Shown here: one piece after another, positions 6,896-14,045 of the stretch | Position numbering within the stretch: the first letter of the stretch is position 1 | How the letters are laid out: every line of letters begins with the position of its first letter | Translations under genes and position numbers: made by a program | Notes under the pieces: model-generated | Told to the model about the DNA's origin: nothing | The model's input: only the letters and a program-made list of their open reading frames with translations | Databases searched by the model: none | Assembly (NCBI GenBank): GCA_036378175.1 | Contig: DASUWY010000049.1 | Location: 1 to 24,000 of the forward strand | From: Thermoleophilaceae bacterium | GTDB taxonomy: Bacteria; Actinomycetota; Thermoleophilia; Solirubrobacterales; Thermoleophilaceae | Length of the DNA stretch: 24,000 bases | Direction of reading: 5' to 3'

Positions 6896-8341
6896 TCAGG
6901 CGGTCGCCGGGACGGTCTCCAGCTCGGGGTCGCGCGCTCGCGGCAGCAGCCTCGACATAACGACGATGCCGAGAGCCAGCGCGCTCAGCTGGAACAGGCT
7001 GATCTTGAAGGCATGGCCCAGGTCGTGGCCCGCGCCGAAGAAGATCACGCCCGTCACCGCAACGCCGAGTGCGTAACCCACCTGCGTGATCGTGCTCATC
7101 GCGCCGGATGCCGCCCCGGCCCGCGCGGGATCGATGCCGCTCAGCACCGTGGCTGTGAGCGGCGTGTAGCAGAGCCCAATGCCGGCCCCCACGAGCAGAA
7201 GCCCCGGCACGAGCGGGAGCAGCGAGCCACCCACGCCGATCTCCGCGACGGCGCCCGCCAGCAGCAGCAGTCCGGCCGCGAGGCTCACGCCGCCGGCGCC
7301 CACCACCGCGCGCCCGAAGCGCCTGGTGAGCTCGGGAGCCGGCCCTGACGCGAGCACGTACGCGGCCGCCAGGATCGTGAACACGAGTCCCGCGTCGAGC
7401 GCGTTCAGGCCGCGCCCGTCCTGCAGGTAGAGCGCGAGGTACACGAAGAACGAGGCCTGGGCGCTTCCGAGGAACAGCTGCGTGACCACGCCCGCGGCGA
7501 ACGGGCGCTGGCGGAACAGGCCGAGGTCGAGCAGCGCGGAGTCGCGCTGCCGCGCCTGGCGCGCCACGAACACGGCGAGCACGACGGGCGCCGCGGCGAG
7601 CGACAGCCAGGTCCACAGCGGCCAGCCGTGCTGGCGGCCCTCGATCAGCGGGAGCAGCACGGCGCTCAGCCCGAGCGCGAGCACCACGGCGCCGGGGAGG
7701 TCGATCCTGGCGCGCCGTGGCGCCCGCGACTCGGGCACGAGCCGCGGCGTGGCGACGAGCGCCGCGAGCCCGATCGGGACGTTTATGAGGAAGCAGCCGC
7801 GCCAGCCCAGGCCGGCGACGTCGGTCTGCACGAGCGCGCCGCCGATCACCTGCCCGCCCACGGCGGCGAGGCCGAGCACCACGCCGTAGTAGCTGAGAGC
7901 CCGCCCGTAATCGGCGTCGCGGTAGGTCACCCCGATGATCGAAAGCACCTGAGGCATCACCACCGCGCCGGCCGCGCCCTGGATCACGCGGGCGAGCACC
8001 AGCGTCGTGGGGCTCGGCGCGAGGCCGCACGCCGCGGACGCCGCGGTGAAGAGCGCGAGCCCGATCGCGTACACACGGCGGCGGCCCAGCTCGTCGCCGA
8101 AGCGGCCGGCGGTGATGAGGAACGCCGCGAAGGTGAGCCCGTAGCCCGCCACGATCCACTCGAGCGAGCTCTCGCCCGCCCCGAGTTCCGACCCGATTGA
8201 CGGCAGCGCGACGTTCACGATGAAGAAGTCGAGGACGACCATGAACGCGCCGGCGAGCAGTACCGGCAGCGCGGTCCAATGATTTGTCTGTGCGTTGGTT
8301 GTCATGGCGGCGATCGTGCCGCCGCGGATGAGGCTTCTCAA
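6896..8341 (-). CDS. MFS transporter, DHA2 (EmrB/QacA-like, 14-TMS type) efflux family
   Basis: 481 aa and highly hydrophobic. LLAGAFMVVLDFFIVNVALPSI and GRFGDELGRRRV are typical DHA2 motifs. TTG 8341 is preceded by GGAGG (8345-8349) with a short 3-nt spacer, and the 12 N-terminal codons have high GC3. Alternative start ATG 8305. Confidence 0.85.
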   Translation of the reverse strand: MRSLIRGGTIAAMTTNAQTNHWTALPVLLAGAFMVVLDFFIVNVALPSIGSELGAGESSLEWIVAGYGLTFAAFLITAGRFGDELGRRRVYAIGLALFTAASAACGLAPSPTTLVLARVIQGAAGAVVMPQVLSIIGVTYRDADYGRALSYYGVVLGLAAVGGQVIGGALVQTDVAGLGWRGCFLINVPIGLAALVATPRLVPESRAPRRARIDLPGAVVLALGLSAVLLPLIEGRQHGWPLWTWLSLAAAPVVLAVFVARQARQRDSALLDLGLFRQRPFAAGVVTQLFLGSAQASFFVYLALYLQDGRGLNALDAGLVFTILAAAYVLASGPAPELTRRFGRAVVGAGGVSLAAGLLLLAGAVAEIGVGGSLLPLVPGLLLVGAGIGLCYTPLTATVLSGIDPARAGAASGAMSTITQVGYALGVAVTGVIFFGAGHDLGHAFKISLFQLSALALGIVVMSRLLPRARDPELETVPATA

Positions 8342-8342
8342 T

Positions 8343-8355
8343 TACCTCCGAGGTA
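8343..8355. promoter_or_regulatory. 13-bp palindrome TACCTC-C-GAGGTA in the MFS/regulator divergent region
   Basis: Read directly from the sequence. It provides the GGAGG SD on the minus strand for the MFS gene. It could also be an operator for the adjacent regulator. Confidence 0.35.
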
Positions 8356-8392
8356 GGTGCCGCCACGCACCGCCGGCGTTAGGTTGCATCTC

Positions 8393-9190
8393 ATGCCAGA
8401 GGTCGCAGAGAGGCCGCAGATCGGATCGCTTCTACGTGACTGGCGCGAGCGCCGGCGCATGAGTCAGCTCGACCTCGCCCTCGGCGCGGGCGTGTCGGCG
8501 CGTCACGTGAGCTTCATCGAGACCGGCCGCTCGCGCCCGAGCGCCGAGATGGTGGTGCAGCTCGCCGAGCACCTCGACGTGCCGCTGCGCGACCGCAACG
8601 CGCTGCTGCTCGCGGCCGGGTATGCGCCCGCATACGGGCAGCGCGACCTGGCGGAGCCGGAGATGGGTCCGGTGCGCGAGGCGATCGACCGGGTGCTGCG
8701 CGGTCACGAGCCCTATCCGGCGGTGGTGGTGGATCGGCACTGGGGACTCGTGGCTGCCAACCGCACTGTGCCGCTGCTCACGGAGGGCGCCGCGGAGCAT
8801 CTGCTCGAGCCGCCGGCAAACGTGCTCCGCCTCGCACTCCACCCGGAGGGCATAGCGCCGCGGATCGTGAACCTGGGCGAGTGGCGCGCTCACCTGCTCG
8901 ACCGCCTCGGCCGCCAGGCGGTGGCGAGCGGCGACCCCGCGCTGTTCGCGCTCCACGACGAGCTTGCGAGCTACCCGGGCGGCGGCGAGGGCCACACGGT
9001 GGACCTCGAGGCGAGCGAGATCGCAGTGCCGCTTCGCATCCGCGCGGATGGCGCCGAGCTCTCCTTCATCAGCACCGCCACCACCTTCGGCACGGCGGTG
9101 GATGTGACGGTGTCCGAGCTGTCGATCGAGTCCTTCTTCCCCGGCGACGACGGCACGGCTCGCTTCCTGCAGGAGACAAGCCTTACCTAG
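8393..9190 (+). CDS. XRE-family HTH regulator with MmyB-like ligand-binding domain
   Basis: LRDWRERRRMSQLDLALGAGVSARHVSFIETGRSRPSAEMVVQLAEHLDVPLRDRNALLLAAGYAP, then PYPAVVVDRHWGLVAAN. This is the typical MmyB-family layout. A -10-like TAGGTT (8380-8385) lies 7 nt before ATG 8393, suggesting a leaderless start. Alternative start GTG 8357. Confidence 0.8.
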   Translation: MPEVAERPQIGSLLRDWRERRRMSQLDLALGAGVSARHVSFIETGRSRPSAEMVVQLAEHLDVPLRDRNALLLAAGYAPAYGQRDLAEPEMGPVREAIDRVLRGHEPYPAVVVDRHWGLVAANRTVPLLTEGAAEHLLEPPANVLRLALHPEGIAPRIVNLGEWRAHLLDRLGRQAVASGDPALFALHDELASYPGGGEGHTVDLEASEIAVPLRIRADGAELSFISTATTFGTAVDVTVSELSIESFFPGDDGTARFLQETSLT

Positions 9191-10056
9191 GCGCGATGCG
9201 GCGCCGACGCGGTGACCAGCTCGGCCACCGCCTCGAGCGGCCCGGAGCGCAGCCGCTCAGCGCCCACGTGCTCGGCGAGCGCATCGTCGGCCCCGGCGCC
9301 GGCCAGGAACACGTTTCGCTCCTTGGCCAGGGTCGCAAGCCGCCGCGCCACGCTGTGGAGCGGCTCAGGCGAGAGGGCGGCCACCACAACGGCATCCGGC
9401 TCGAGCTGCGCGCTCGCCGCGGCCAGCGTGTCGATAGGCGTGTCGGCGCCGAGGAAGGTGATGCGCCAGCCGATGCCACGAAGCGCGATGCCGAAGGCCA
9501 CGAGGCCAAGGTCATGCCGCTCACCAGGGGCGCACGCGAGCAGGGCGAGCGGTCCGACCCCGCGGTCCCAGCCGCGCGCGAGGGCCAGCAGCCGCTCCCG
9601 CAGGAGGGTGGATGCGAAGTGCTCCTGGGCCACGGAGGCGTCGCCGCTGCCCCAGCGGTCGCCGAGCAGGCGGAGGTAGGGCAGCACCGCCTCGCGCAGC
9701 AGCGTCTCGACGGTGAAGTCCGCCACCAGCCGGTCGAACGCCGCCTGGGCGCGCGCATTGTCGAATGCGTCGAGCGATGCCCATAGCTCTGCGGCATGGT
9801 CGGCCGCGCCGTCGCCGGGGGGCGCCGCCGCCCCGCTTCGAGCCAGGCCGGCCGCCTCGGCGGCGGACAGGCCCTGCGCGATGTGCGCCCGCATCGCCTG
9901 CACACGGGCGAGGTCGTCCTCCGAGTAGAGCCGGTAGCCCGAGGCGGTGCGCGCCGGCTCGAGCAGCCCGTAGCGGCGCTCCCACGCTCGCAGGACGTCG
10001 GCGCTCACCCCCGCCCGCCGAGAAAGCTCCCCTATGCGCAGCCGGGCCTCTTCCAT
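9187..10056 (-). CDS. litR: MerR-family regulator with cobalamin-binding domain, CarH/LitR-type (AdoB12-dependent photoreceptor-like)
   Basis: 289 aa. MerR HTH: LRIGELSRRAGVSADVLRAWERRYGLLEPARTASGYRLYSEDDL. Wx9EH motif: W135-GSGDASVAQ-E145-H146 (9619-9654). B12 lower-ligand motif ExHxxG: E179-R-H181-D-L-G (9505-9522), followed by GWRITFLGADTP. A -10-like TATACT (10064-10069, minus) lies 7 nt before the ATG. Confidence 0.85.
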   Translation of the reverse strand: MEEARLRIGELSRRAGVSADVLRAWERRYGLLEPARTASGYRLYSEDDLARVQAMRAHIAQGLSAAEAAGLARSGAAAPPGDGAADHAAELWASLDAFDNARAQAAFDRLVADFTVETLLREAVLPYLRLLGDRWGSGDASVAQEHFASTLLRERLLALARGWDRGVGPLALLACAPGERHDLGLVAFGIALRGIGWRITFLGADTPIDTLAAASAQLEPDAVVVAALSPEPLHSVARRLATLAKERNVFLAGAGADDALAEHVGAERLRSGPLEAVAELVTASAPHRA

Positions 10057-10063
10057 TGGGCGG

Positions 10064-10092
10064 AGTATAGACCTTAGACGAATTTTAGACAA
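10064..10092 (-). promoter_or_regulatory. putative litR promoter (leaderless): -35 TTGTCT, 17-nt spacer, -10 TATACT
   Basis: On the minus strand, TTGTCT is the complement of 10087-10092 and TATACT is the complement of 10064-10069. ATG 10056 lies 7 nt downstream of the -10. Confidence 0.5.
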
Positions 10093-10103
10093 ACTCTTGA
10101 CAC
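10071..10103. promoter_or_regulatory. three tandem 11-bp-phased direct repeats T(A/T)GAC(A/G): candidate CarH/LitR operator
   Basis: TAGACG 10075-10080, TAGACA 10086-10091, TTGACA 10097-10102, with exactly 11-bp spacing. An extra off-phase TAGAC lies at 10068-10072. The repeats overlap both -35 boxes. Confidence 0.5.
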
Positions 10104-10126
10104 AGGGCGAGAATGTCGCCTATTCT
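10097..10126 (+). promoter_or_regulatory. putative promoter of the FAS1-heliorhodopsin operon: -35 TTGACA, 18-nt spacer, -10 TATTCT
   Basis: Consensus -35 at 10097-10102. TANNNT-type -10 at 10121-10126. The region is AT-richer than its surroundings. Confidence 0.55.
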
Positions 10127-10131
10127 GTCGC

Positions 10132-10147
10132 AACCCTGTCCAGGGTT
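10132..10147 (+). promoter_or_regulatory. perfect palindrome AACCCTG-TC-CAGGGTT at the predicted transcription start / 5' UTR
   Basis: Read directly from the sequence. It lies 6 nt downstream of the -10. It could be a 5' stem-loop or a second operator. Confidence 0.35.
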
Positions 10148-10177
10148 TGTTCATTCCCGTCCCACAAGGAGCACCCC

Positions 10178-10702
10178 GTGACCACCTCGATCCTCCGCAA
10201 GCGATCCGTCGCCACGCTCGTCGCCGGCGCGGCGCTCACCGCCACGGTGGCCGCACCGGTTGCGGCCTCGCCCGCGGCGGGGCCGGCCGCCAAGCGCACC
10301 AACATCGTGAACACCGCCGTGAAGGCCGGCCAGTTCAAGACGCTCGTCGCGCTGGTGAAGCGCGCCGGGCTCGCGAAGACGCTGTCGGCCGGGGGCCCGT
10401 ACACCGTGTTCGCCCCCACGGATGCCGCCTTCAAGAAGGTCCCCAAGAGCACGCTGAACGCTCTCCTCAAGGATCGCGCGAAGCTGCGCGCCGTTCTCCT
10501 GTACCACGTGGCCAAGGGCCGGCTGACCTCGAAGAAGGTCGTGAAGCTCAAGGCCGTGAAGACGCTGAACGGCCAGTCGCTGAGCGTGCGTGCGCGCAGC
10601 GGCGGCGTGTTCGTGGGCGGCGCGAGGGTGACCACGCCCGACGTGCGCGCCTCGAACGGCGTGATCCACGTGATCAACAGGGTGCTGGTGCCCCAGAGCT
10701 AG
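10178..10702 (+). CDS. secreted fasciclin (FAS1) domain protein
   Basis: GTG start with SD AAGGAG (10166-10171, 6-nt spacer). Signal peptide: RKRSVATLVAGAALTATVAAPVAA. FAS1 motifs: IVNTAVKAGQFKTLVALV, YTVFAPTDAAF, LLYHV, NGVIHVINRVLVP. 174 aa. Confidence 0.85.
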   Translation: MTTSILRKRSVATLVAGAALTATVAAPVAASPAAGPAAKRTNIVNTAVKAGQFKTLVALVKRAGLAKTLSAGGPYTVFAPTDAAFKKVPKSTLNALLKDRAKLRAVLLYHVAKGRLTSKKVVKLKAVKTLNGQSLSVRARSGGVFVGGARVTTPDVRASNGVIHVINRVLVPQS

Positions 10703-10720
10703 CCGGTCGAACGACCGGCT
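10701..10720 (+). terminator. GC-rich hairpin overlapping the FAS1 stop codon (possible attenuator or processing site; no U-tract)
   Basis: AGCCGGTCG-AA-CGACCGGCT. Effectively a 7-8 bp stem with a GAAC loop, followed by CTCGCC rather than a T run. Confidence 0.25.
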
Positions 10721-10788
10721 CTCGCCGAGCGCGCCCGGCGCGGCATGCCCCGTGCCGTGCCGGGCTCAGCTCGGCCCCCCTACACACG

Positions 10789-11598
10789 ATGACCGCCACC
10801 ACTGAACTTCCGAACGGCAGCCCGACGGCAACCCGCTCGCGCTTCGCGCGCCTGCGGGCCTTCAACCTGACGATGGGCGGGCTGCACCTCGCCCAGGGCC
10901 TGGCGATGCTCGCGCTCGCCACGTCCTTTGCGCTGCCCGTCACCTCCTCGTTCCTCGAAATGAGTGGAACCACCGGCAAGCTCGAGCCCGACCTGCAGGA
11001 GCTGCTCACCATCCGGCTTGCCCCGCTCGTGGCCGCGTTCCTCTTCATCTCCGCGGTCGCGCACCTCACGCTGAGCCTGCCGCGCGTGTACGACTGGTAC
11101 CTCGCGAACCTGCGCCGCGGCGTGAACTACGCCCGCTGGGCCGAGTACTCCGTCTCCTCCTCGGTGATGATCGTGGTGATCGCGATGCTCGTGGGCATTT
11201 ACGACATCGCGGCGCTGATCCTGCTGTTCGCACTCAACGCCACGATGATCCTGTTCGGCTGGCTGATGGAACTGCTGAATCAGCACACCCGCCAGACGAA
11301 CTGGCTGCCGTTCTGGTTCGGCAGCTTCGCCGGCGCGGTGCCGTGGATCGCGATCGGCATCTATCTCTTCGGCGCCGGCTCCGGCGGGTCCGGCGGCCCG
11401 CCCACGTTCGTCTACGTGATCTACGGATCGCTGTTCGTCTTCTTCAACGTGTTCGCGATCAACATGCTGCTTCAGTACAAGCGGGTCGGCCGTTGGCGCG
11501 ACTACCTGTTCGGCGAGCGGGTGTACATCCTGCTCAGCCTGACTGCCAAGTCCGCGCTTGCCTGGCAGGTGTTCGCCGGCACGCTGCGGCCGGTGTAG
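10789..11598 (+). CDS. heliorhodopsin (retinal-binding 7-TM protein, HeR family)
   Basis: 269 aa, colinear with my recollection of heliorhodopsin 48C12. Motifs: GGLHLAQGLAMLALATSFALP (His33), ISAVAHL (His92), RWAEYSVSSSVMIV (Glu119, codon 11143-11145, counterion position), MILFGWLME, LPFWFGSFAGAVPWI, FVYVIYGSLFVFFN, GERVYILLSLTAKSALAWQVFAGTL. The last contains Lys254 (codon 11548-11550) at the Schiff-base position. Confidence 0.92.
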   Translation: MTATTELPNGSPTATRSRFARLRAFNLTMGGLHLAQGLAMLALATSFALPVTSSFLEMSGTTGKLEPDLQELLTIRLAPLVAAFLFISAVAHLTLSLPRVYDWYLANLRRGVNYARWAEYSVSSSVMIVVIAMLVGIYDIAALILLFALNATMILFGWLMELLNQHTRQTNWLPFWFGSFAGAVPWIAIGIYLFGAGSGGSGGPPTFVYVIYGSLFVFFNVFAINMLLQYKRVGRWRDYLFGERVYILLSLTAKSALAWQVFAGTLRPV

Positions 11599-11606
11599 CG
11601 GCAGAG

Positions 11607-11888
11607 CTAGCTGGGCCGGCGCGGCCGCGGCGACCAGAACCGCCGCGGCGGCTCCTCATGCTCGGGCTGCTCGCGGCGGCGCTCCTCCTCCTCGCGAGCG
11701 CGCGCCCTGTCCTCGCTCAGCCCGATCTCGTAGAACACAAGCAGCAGCACCGCGCCCATCGCGAGGGTGATCAGGCTGAGGCGAATGATCTGGCCGGGGA
11801 GGCCGGACACCACGAAGCCGCAGATTCCGCCGACCACCGCCAGCGCCGCCGCCGCTCCATAGGCGCGGATGCGTTCGCGCCTGCTCAT
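11607..11888 (-). CDS. small hypothetical membrane protein with charged C-terminal tail
   Basis: 93 aa: MSRRERIRAYGAAAALAVVGGICGFVVSGLPGQIIRLSLITLAMGAVLLLVFYEI, then a Glu/Arg-rich tail. GC3 is high. The ATG lies 2 nt after the upstream GFA stop. Confidence 0.5.
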   Translation of the reverse strand: MSRRERIRAYGAAAALAVVGGICGFVVSGLPGQIIRLSLITLAMGAVLLLVFYEIGLSEDRARAREEEERRREQPEHEEPPRRFWSPRPRRPS

Positions 11889-11890
11889 CG

Positions 11891-12313
11891 CTAGCCCCGG
11901 GGCTTGCCTTCGGGGTAGCGCTCGAGCCCGTCGTCCGGGATCGGCTCCCACGATGCGGCGTAGTTCACGAACGTGCGCCACATCGGCCGCACGCCCGGAT
12001 CCTGGTCGAACGCGCTCATGCGGATGCTCATGTGCGGCGAGCCATCGGGGTCGCGGCTGAACAGGTGCGCGCCGCACTCGCGGCAGAAGCACTTCTCGAA
12101 GCCGCCGTCCGGGTGCCGCCAGCCCTTCACGAGCTCCTCGCCTTGCGTCAGGCGGAACGTCCGCGCATCGATCCGCGCCTGGGCGGACGAGGCGGTGCCG
12201 GTGCGCCGCTGGCAGCGGGTGCAGTGGCAGTAGCCGGCGGCCTCGGGCCGCTCCGTGAGCTCGAAGCGCACGCCGCCGCAGAGGCAGCTGCCGGTGAGAA
12301 CCGCGCCGCTCAT
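11891..12313 (-). CDS. GFA-family (CENP-V/glutathione-dependent formaldehyde-activating fold) zinc protein
   Basis: 140 aa with GSCLCGGVRFEL, GYCHCTRCQRRTG and KCFCRECGAHLF cysteine motifs. The ATG overlaps the LysE stop (ATGA). Confidence 0.8.
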   Translation of the reverse strand: MSGAVLTGSCLCGGVRFELTERPEAAGYCHCTRCQRRTGTASSAQARIDARTFRLTQGEELVKGWRHPDGGFEKCFCRECGAHLFSRDPDGSPHMSIRMSAFDQDPGVRPMWRTFVNYAASWEPIPDDGLERYPEGKPRG

Positions 12314-12909
12314 CGGCGCTCTAGCGCGAGCCGCACGCCGAGGCCCACCAGAACCGCACCGGTCGCGCGCTCGAAGCGCCGCAGCCACGGCCCCTCCACG
12401 AACGCCCGCCGCGCCCGCGCCACGAGATAGGCGAGCACCGAGTACCACACGAGGTCCACCGCCACGATCGTGCACGCCATCAGCAACGCCGCCGGCAGCA
12501 CGGGCGCCCCATGCGGCACGAACTGCGGGAAGAGCGCGACGAAGAACGCGGCGAGCTTGGGATTTGCGATCGAGGTGACCACGCCGTCGCGCAGCGCGGA
12601 GCGGCTGAGCGGCGCCCGCGGCAGCTCGCCACGACCTCGGAGCGACTGCACTCCCAGGTAGATCAGAAACACCGCGCCGATCAGCTTCATCACCGTGAAC
12701 ACCTCCGCGGACGCCGCCACCACCGCGGCGATGCCGAGCGCGGCGAAGCAGCCCCACGCCAGGACCCCGAGCGAGTTGCCAACCGTGGTGAGCAGCGCGT
12801 CGCGCCGGCCCGCGCGCGCCGCGTTCCGCACCACGAGCGCCGTGGCCGGACCGGGCGCGAGCGACAGCAGCGCAGCAACCGGAGCGAAGGCTATGAGCGT
12901 GCGCATCAT
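12310..12909 (-). CDS. LysE/RhtB-family amino-acid (or small-molecule) exporter
   Basis: 199 aa. LSLAPGPATALVVRNAARAGRRDALLTTVGNSLG and TSIANPKLAAFFVALFPQFV are typical LysE-family motifs. The start overlaps the upstream GT stop. Confidence 0.85.
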   Translation of the reverse strand: MMRTLIAFAPVAALLSLAPGPATALVVRNAARAGRRDALLTTVGNSLGVLAWGCFAALGIAAVVAASAEVFTVMKLIGAVFLIYLGVQSLRGRGELPRAPLSRSALRDGVVTSIANPKLAAFFVALFPQFVPHGAPVLPAALLMACTIVAVDLVWYSVLAYLVARARRAFVEGPWLRRFERATGAVLVGLGVRLALERR

Positions 12910-14045
12910 GAGCTGGTCACCCGAGCGTAGAGGTCGAGCAGATTTTTCGTAAAGCGCTCGCGGCCGTAGTGCTCGTGCACCCTCGCGATCAGCTCATTTC
13001 CATCGGCGTGCCGCCGCTGCCGATCGCCCCAGAGCTCCCGCAGCCGCTCGGCCATCGCGGCCGCGTCGCCGCGCGGCACACACCGATCCTCCCCCACGAG
13101 CTCTGGCAACGCGCCCGCCCGCGTGGCGATCACCGGCACGCCAGCCCCCATCGCCTCGAGCGCCGAGAGCCCGAACGACTCGTCGCTGCGCGACGGCACG
13201 AGCACCACCGCGGCGCGGCGCATCAGCTCGCCAAGCTCCCCGGGCGGCACGCGGCCGAGCAGCTCCACTCGGGTCGACGAGAGCCGCGCCCGCTCGGCGA
13301 TCGCTTGGTGGAGCGGCCCGTCGCCCACCACCTTGAGCGGCACGCCGGCGAGCCCGGCGGCGTCGATCGCCATCTCCACTCCCTTCTCGCCGGACAGCCG
13401 TGCCACCACCAGCGCGAACTCGCCACCGTCCGCGCGCGACTCGGAGGCGAGCCCCTCATCCGGCAGGTAGTGCGGCAGCGGCTCCACCCGGTCATCGGGC
13501 ACGCCGAGCCGCACGAGCTGACCCACGGCGTAGCTGCTCGGCGCGACGAAGCGGTCCACCACCTCGAGCACGTGCGGGTACTGGCGCGACAGTGCCGCCG
13601 CGTACACCGCCGCCTCCGGCAGCGAGCGCCGGCAGTTCAGCACGAGTCCCGGGATCGTCCGCCCGTGATGGCAGCGGAAGCAGGGCTCGCCGAGCCGGAA
13701 GGCCACGCCGATCGCGCAGAACAGGCGGAAGTTGTGTAGGTGGAGCACCACGCGGGCGCCCTCCGCGCGCGCGGCGGCAAGCGCCCGTGGCCCGAAGAGA
13801 GGTTGCATGTTGTGCGCGTGCACCACGTCGGCGCCGAAGTCGCGAACCGCACGCGCCACCGCCTCCGGCTCGTCACCGCCGCGCAGCATCGCGCCGGCCG
13901 CGCGCGCACGTCCCGCCTGCGCCGAGTCGCGCACGAGCGCCCTGTGCTCGACACCCGCCTGGCGCAGCGCATCCAGGTGCAGCTCGAGCGCCCGCTCCTC
14001 ACCTCCCTGCAGCCGGTAGCGGTTGTGGAGGACGAGGACCTTCAT
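12906..14045 (-). CDS. glycosyltransferase family 4 (GT-B fold)
   Basis: 379 aa. MKVLVLHNRYRLQGGEE N-terminus. C-terminal VARLSGEKGV and PSRSDESFGLSALEAMGAGVPVIATRAGALPELV (E-x7-E region). Confidence 0.85.
   Translation of the reverse strand: MKVLVLHNRYRLQGGEERALELHLDALRQAGVEHRALVRDSAQAGRARAAGAMLRGGDEPEAVARAVRDFGADVVHAHNMQPLFGPRALAAARAEGARVVLHLHNFRLFCAIGVAFRLGEPCFRCHHGRTIPGLVLNCRRSLPEAAVYAAALSRQYPHVLEVVDRFVAPSSYAVGQLVRLGVPDDRVEPLPHYLPDEGLASESRADGGEFALVVARLSGEKGVEMAIDAAGLAGVPLKVVGDGPLHQAIAERARLSSTRVELLGRVPPGELGELMRRAAVVLVPSRSDESFGLSALEAMGAGVPVIATRAGALPELVGEDRCVPRGDAAAMAERLRELWGDRQRRHADGNELIARVHEHYGRERFTKNLLDLYARVTSS

Noticed and set aside
9187-9190. Convergent genes sharing a palindromic CTAG so that both stop codons overlap. 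This also occurs at 23169..23172.
   Set aside because: It is a trivial consequence of TAG being self-complementary within CTAG in a compact genome. There is no evidence of a regulatory role, although neither convergent pair has a terminator.
10789-11598. Alternative reading of the 7-TM protein as a type-1 microbial rhodopsin (proton pump or actinorhodopsin).
   Set aside because: The sequence lacks the DTE/DTD-type helix-C motif context. Instead it matches heliorhodopsin-specific blocks (RWxEYSxSSSVMI, ILFGW, LPFWFG, SLxAKSALAWQ).
5611-11888. Possible genomic island splitting the glycan locus. The sugar-nucleotide genes lie on the left and the GT/Wzy/priming transferase genes on the right.
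   Set aside because: There is no integrase, transposase, tRNA or flanking direct repeats, and codon usage looks uniform by eye. It is more simply ordinary gene-order scrambling.
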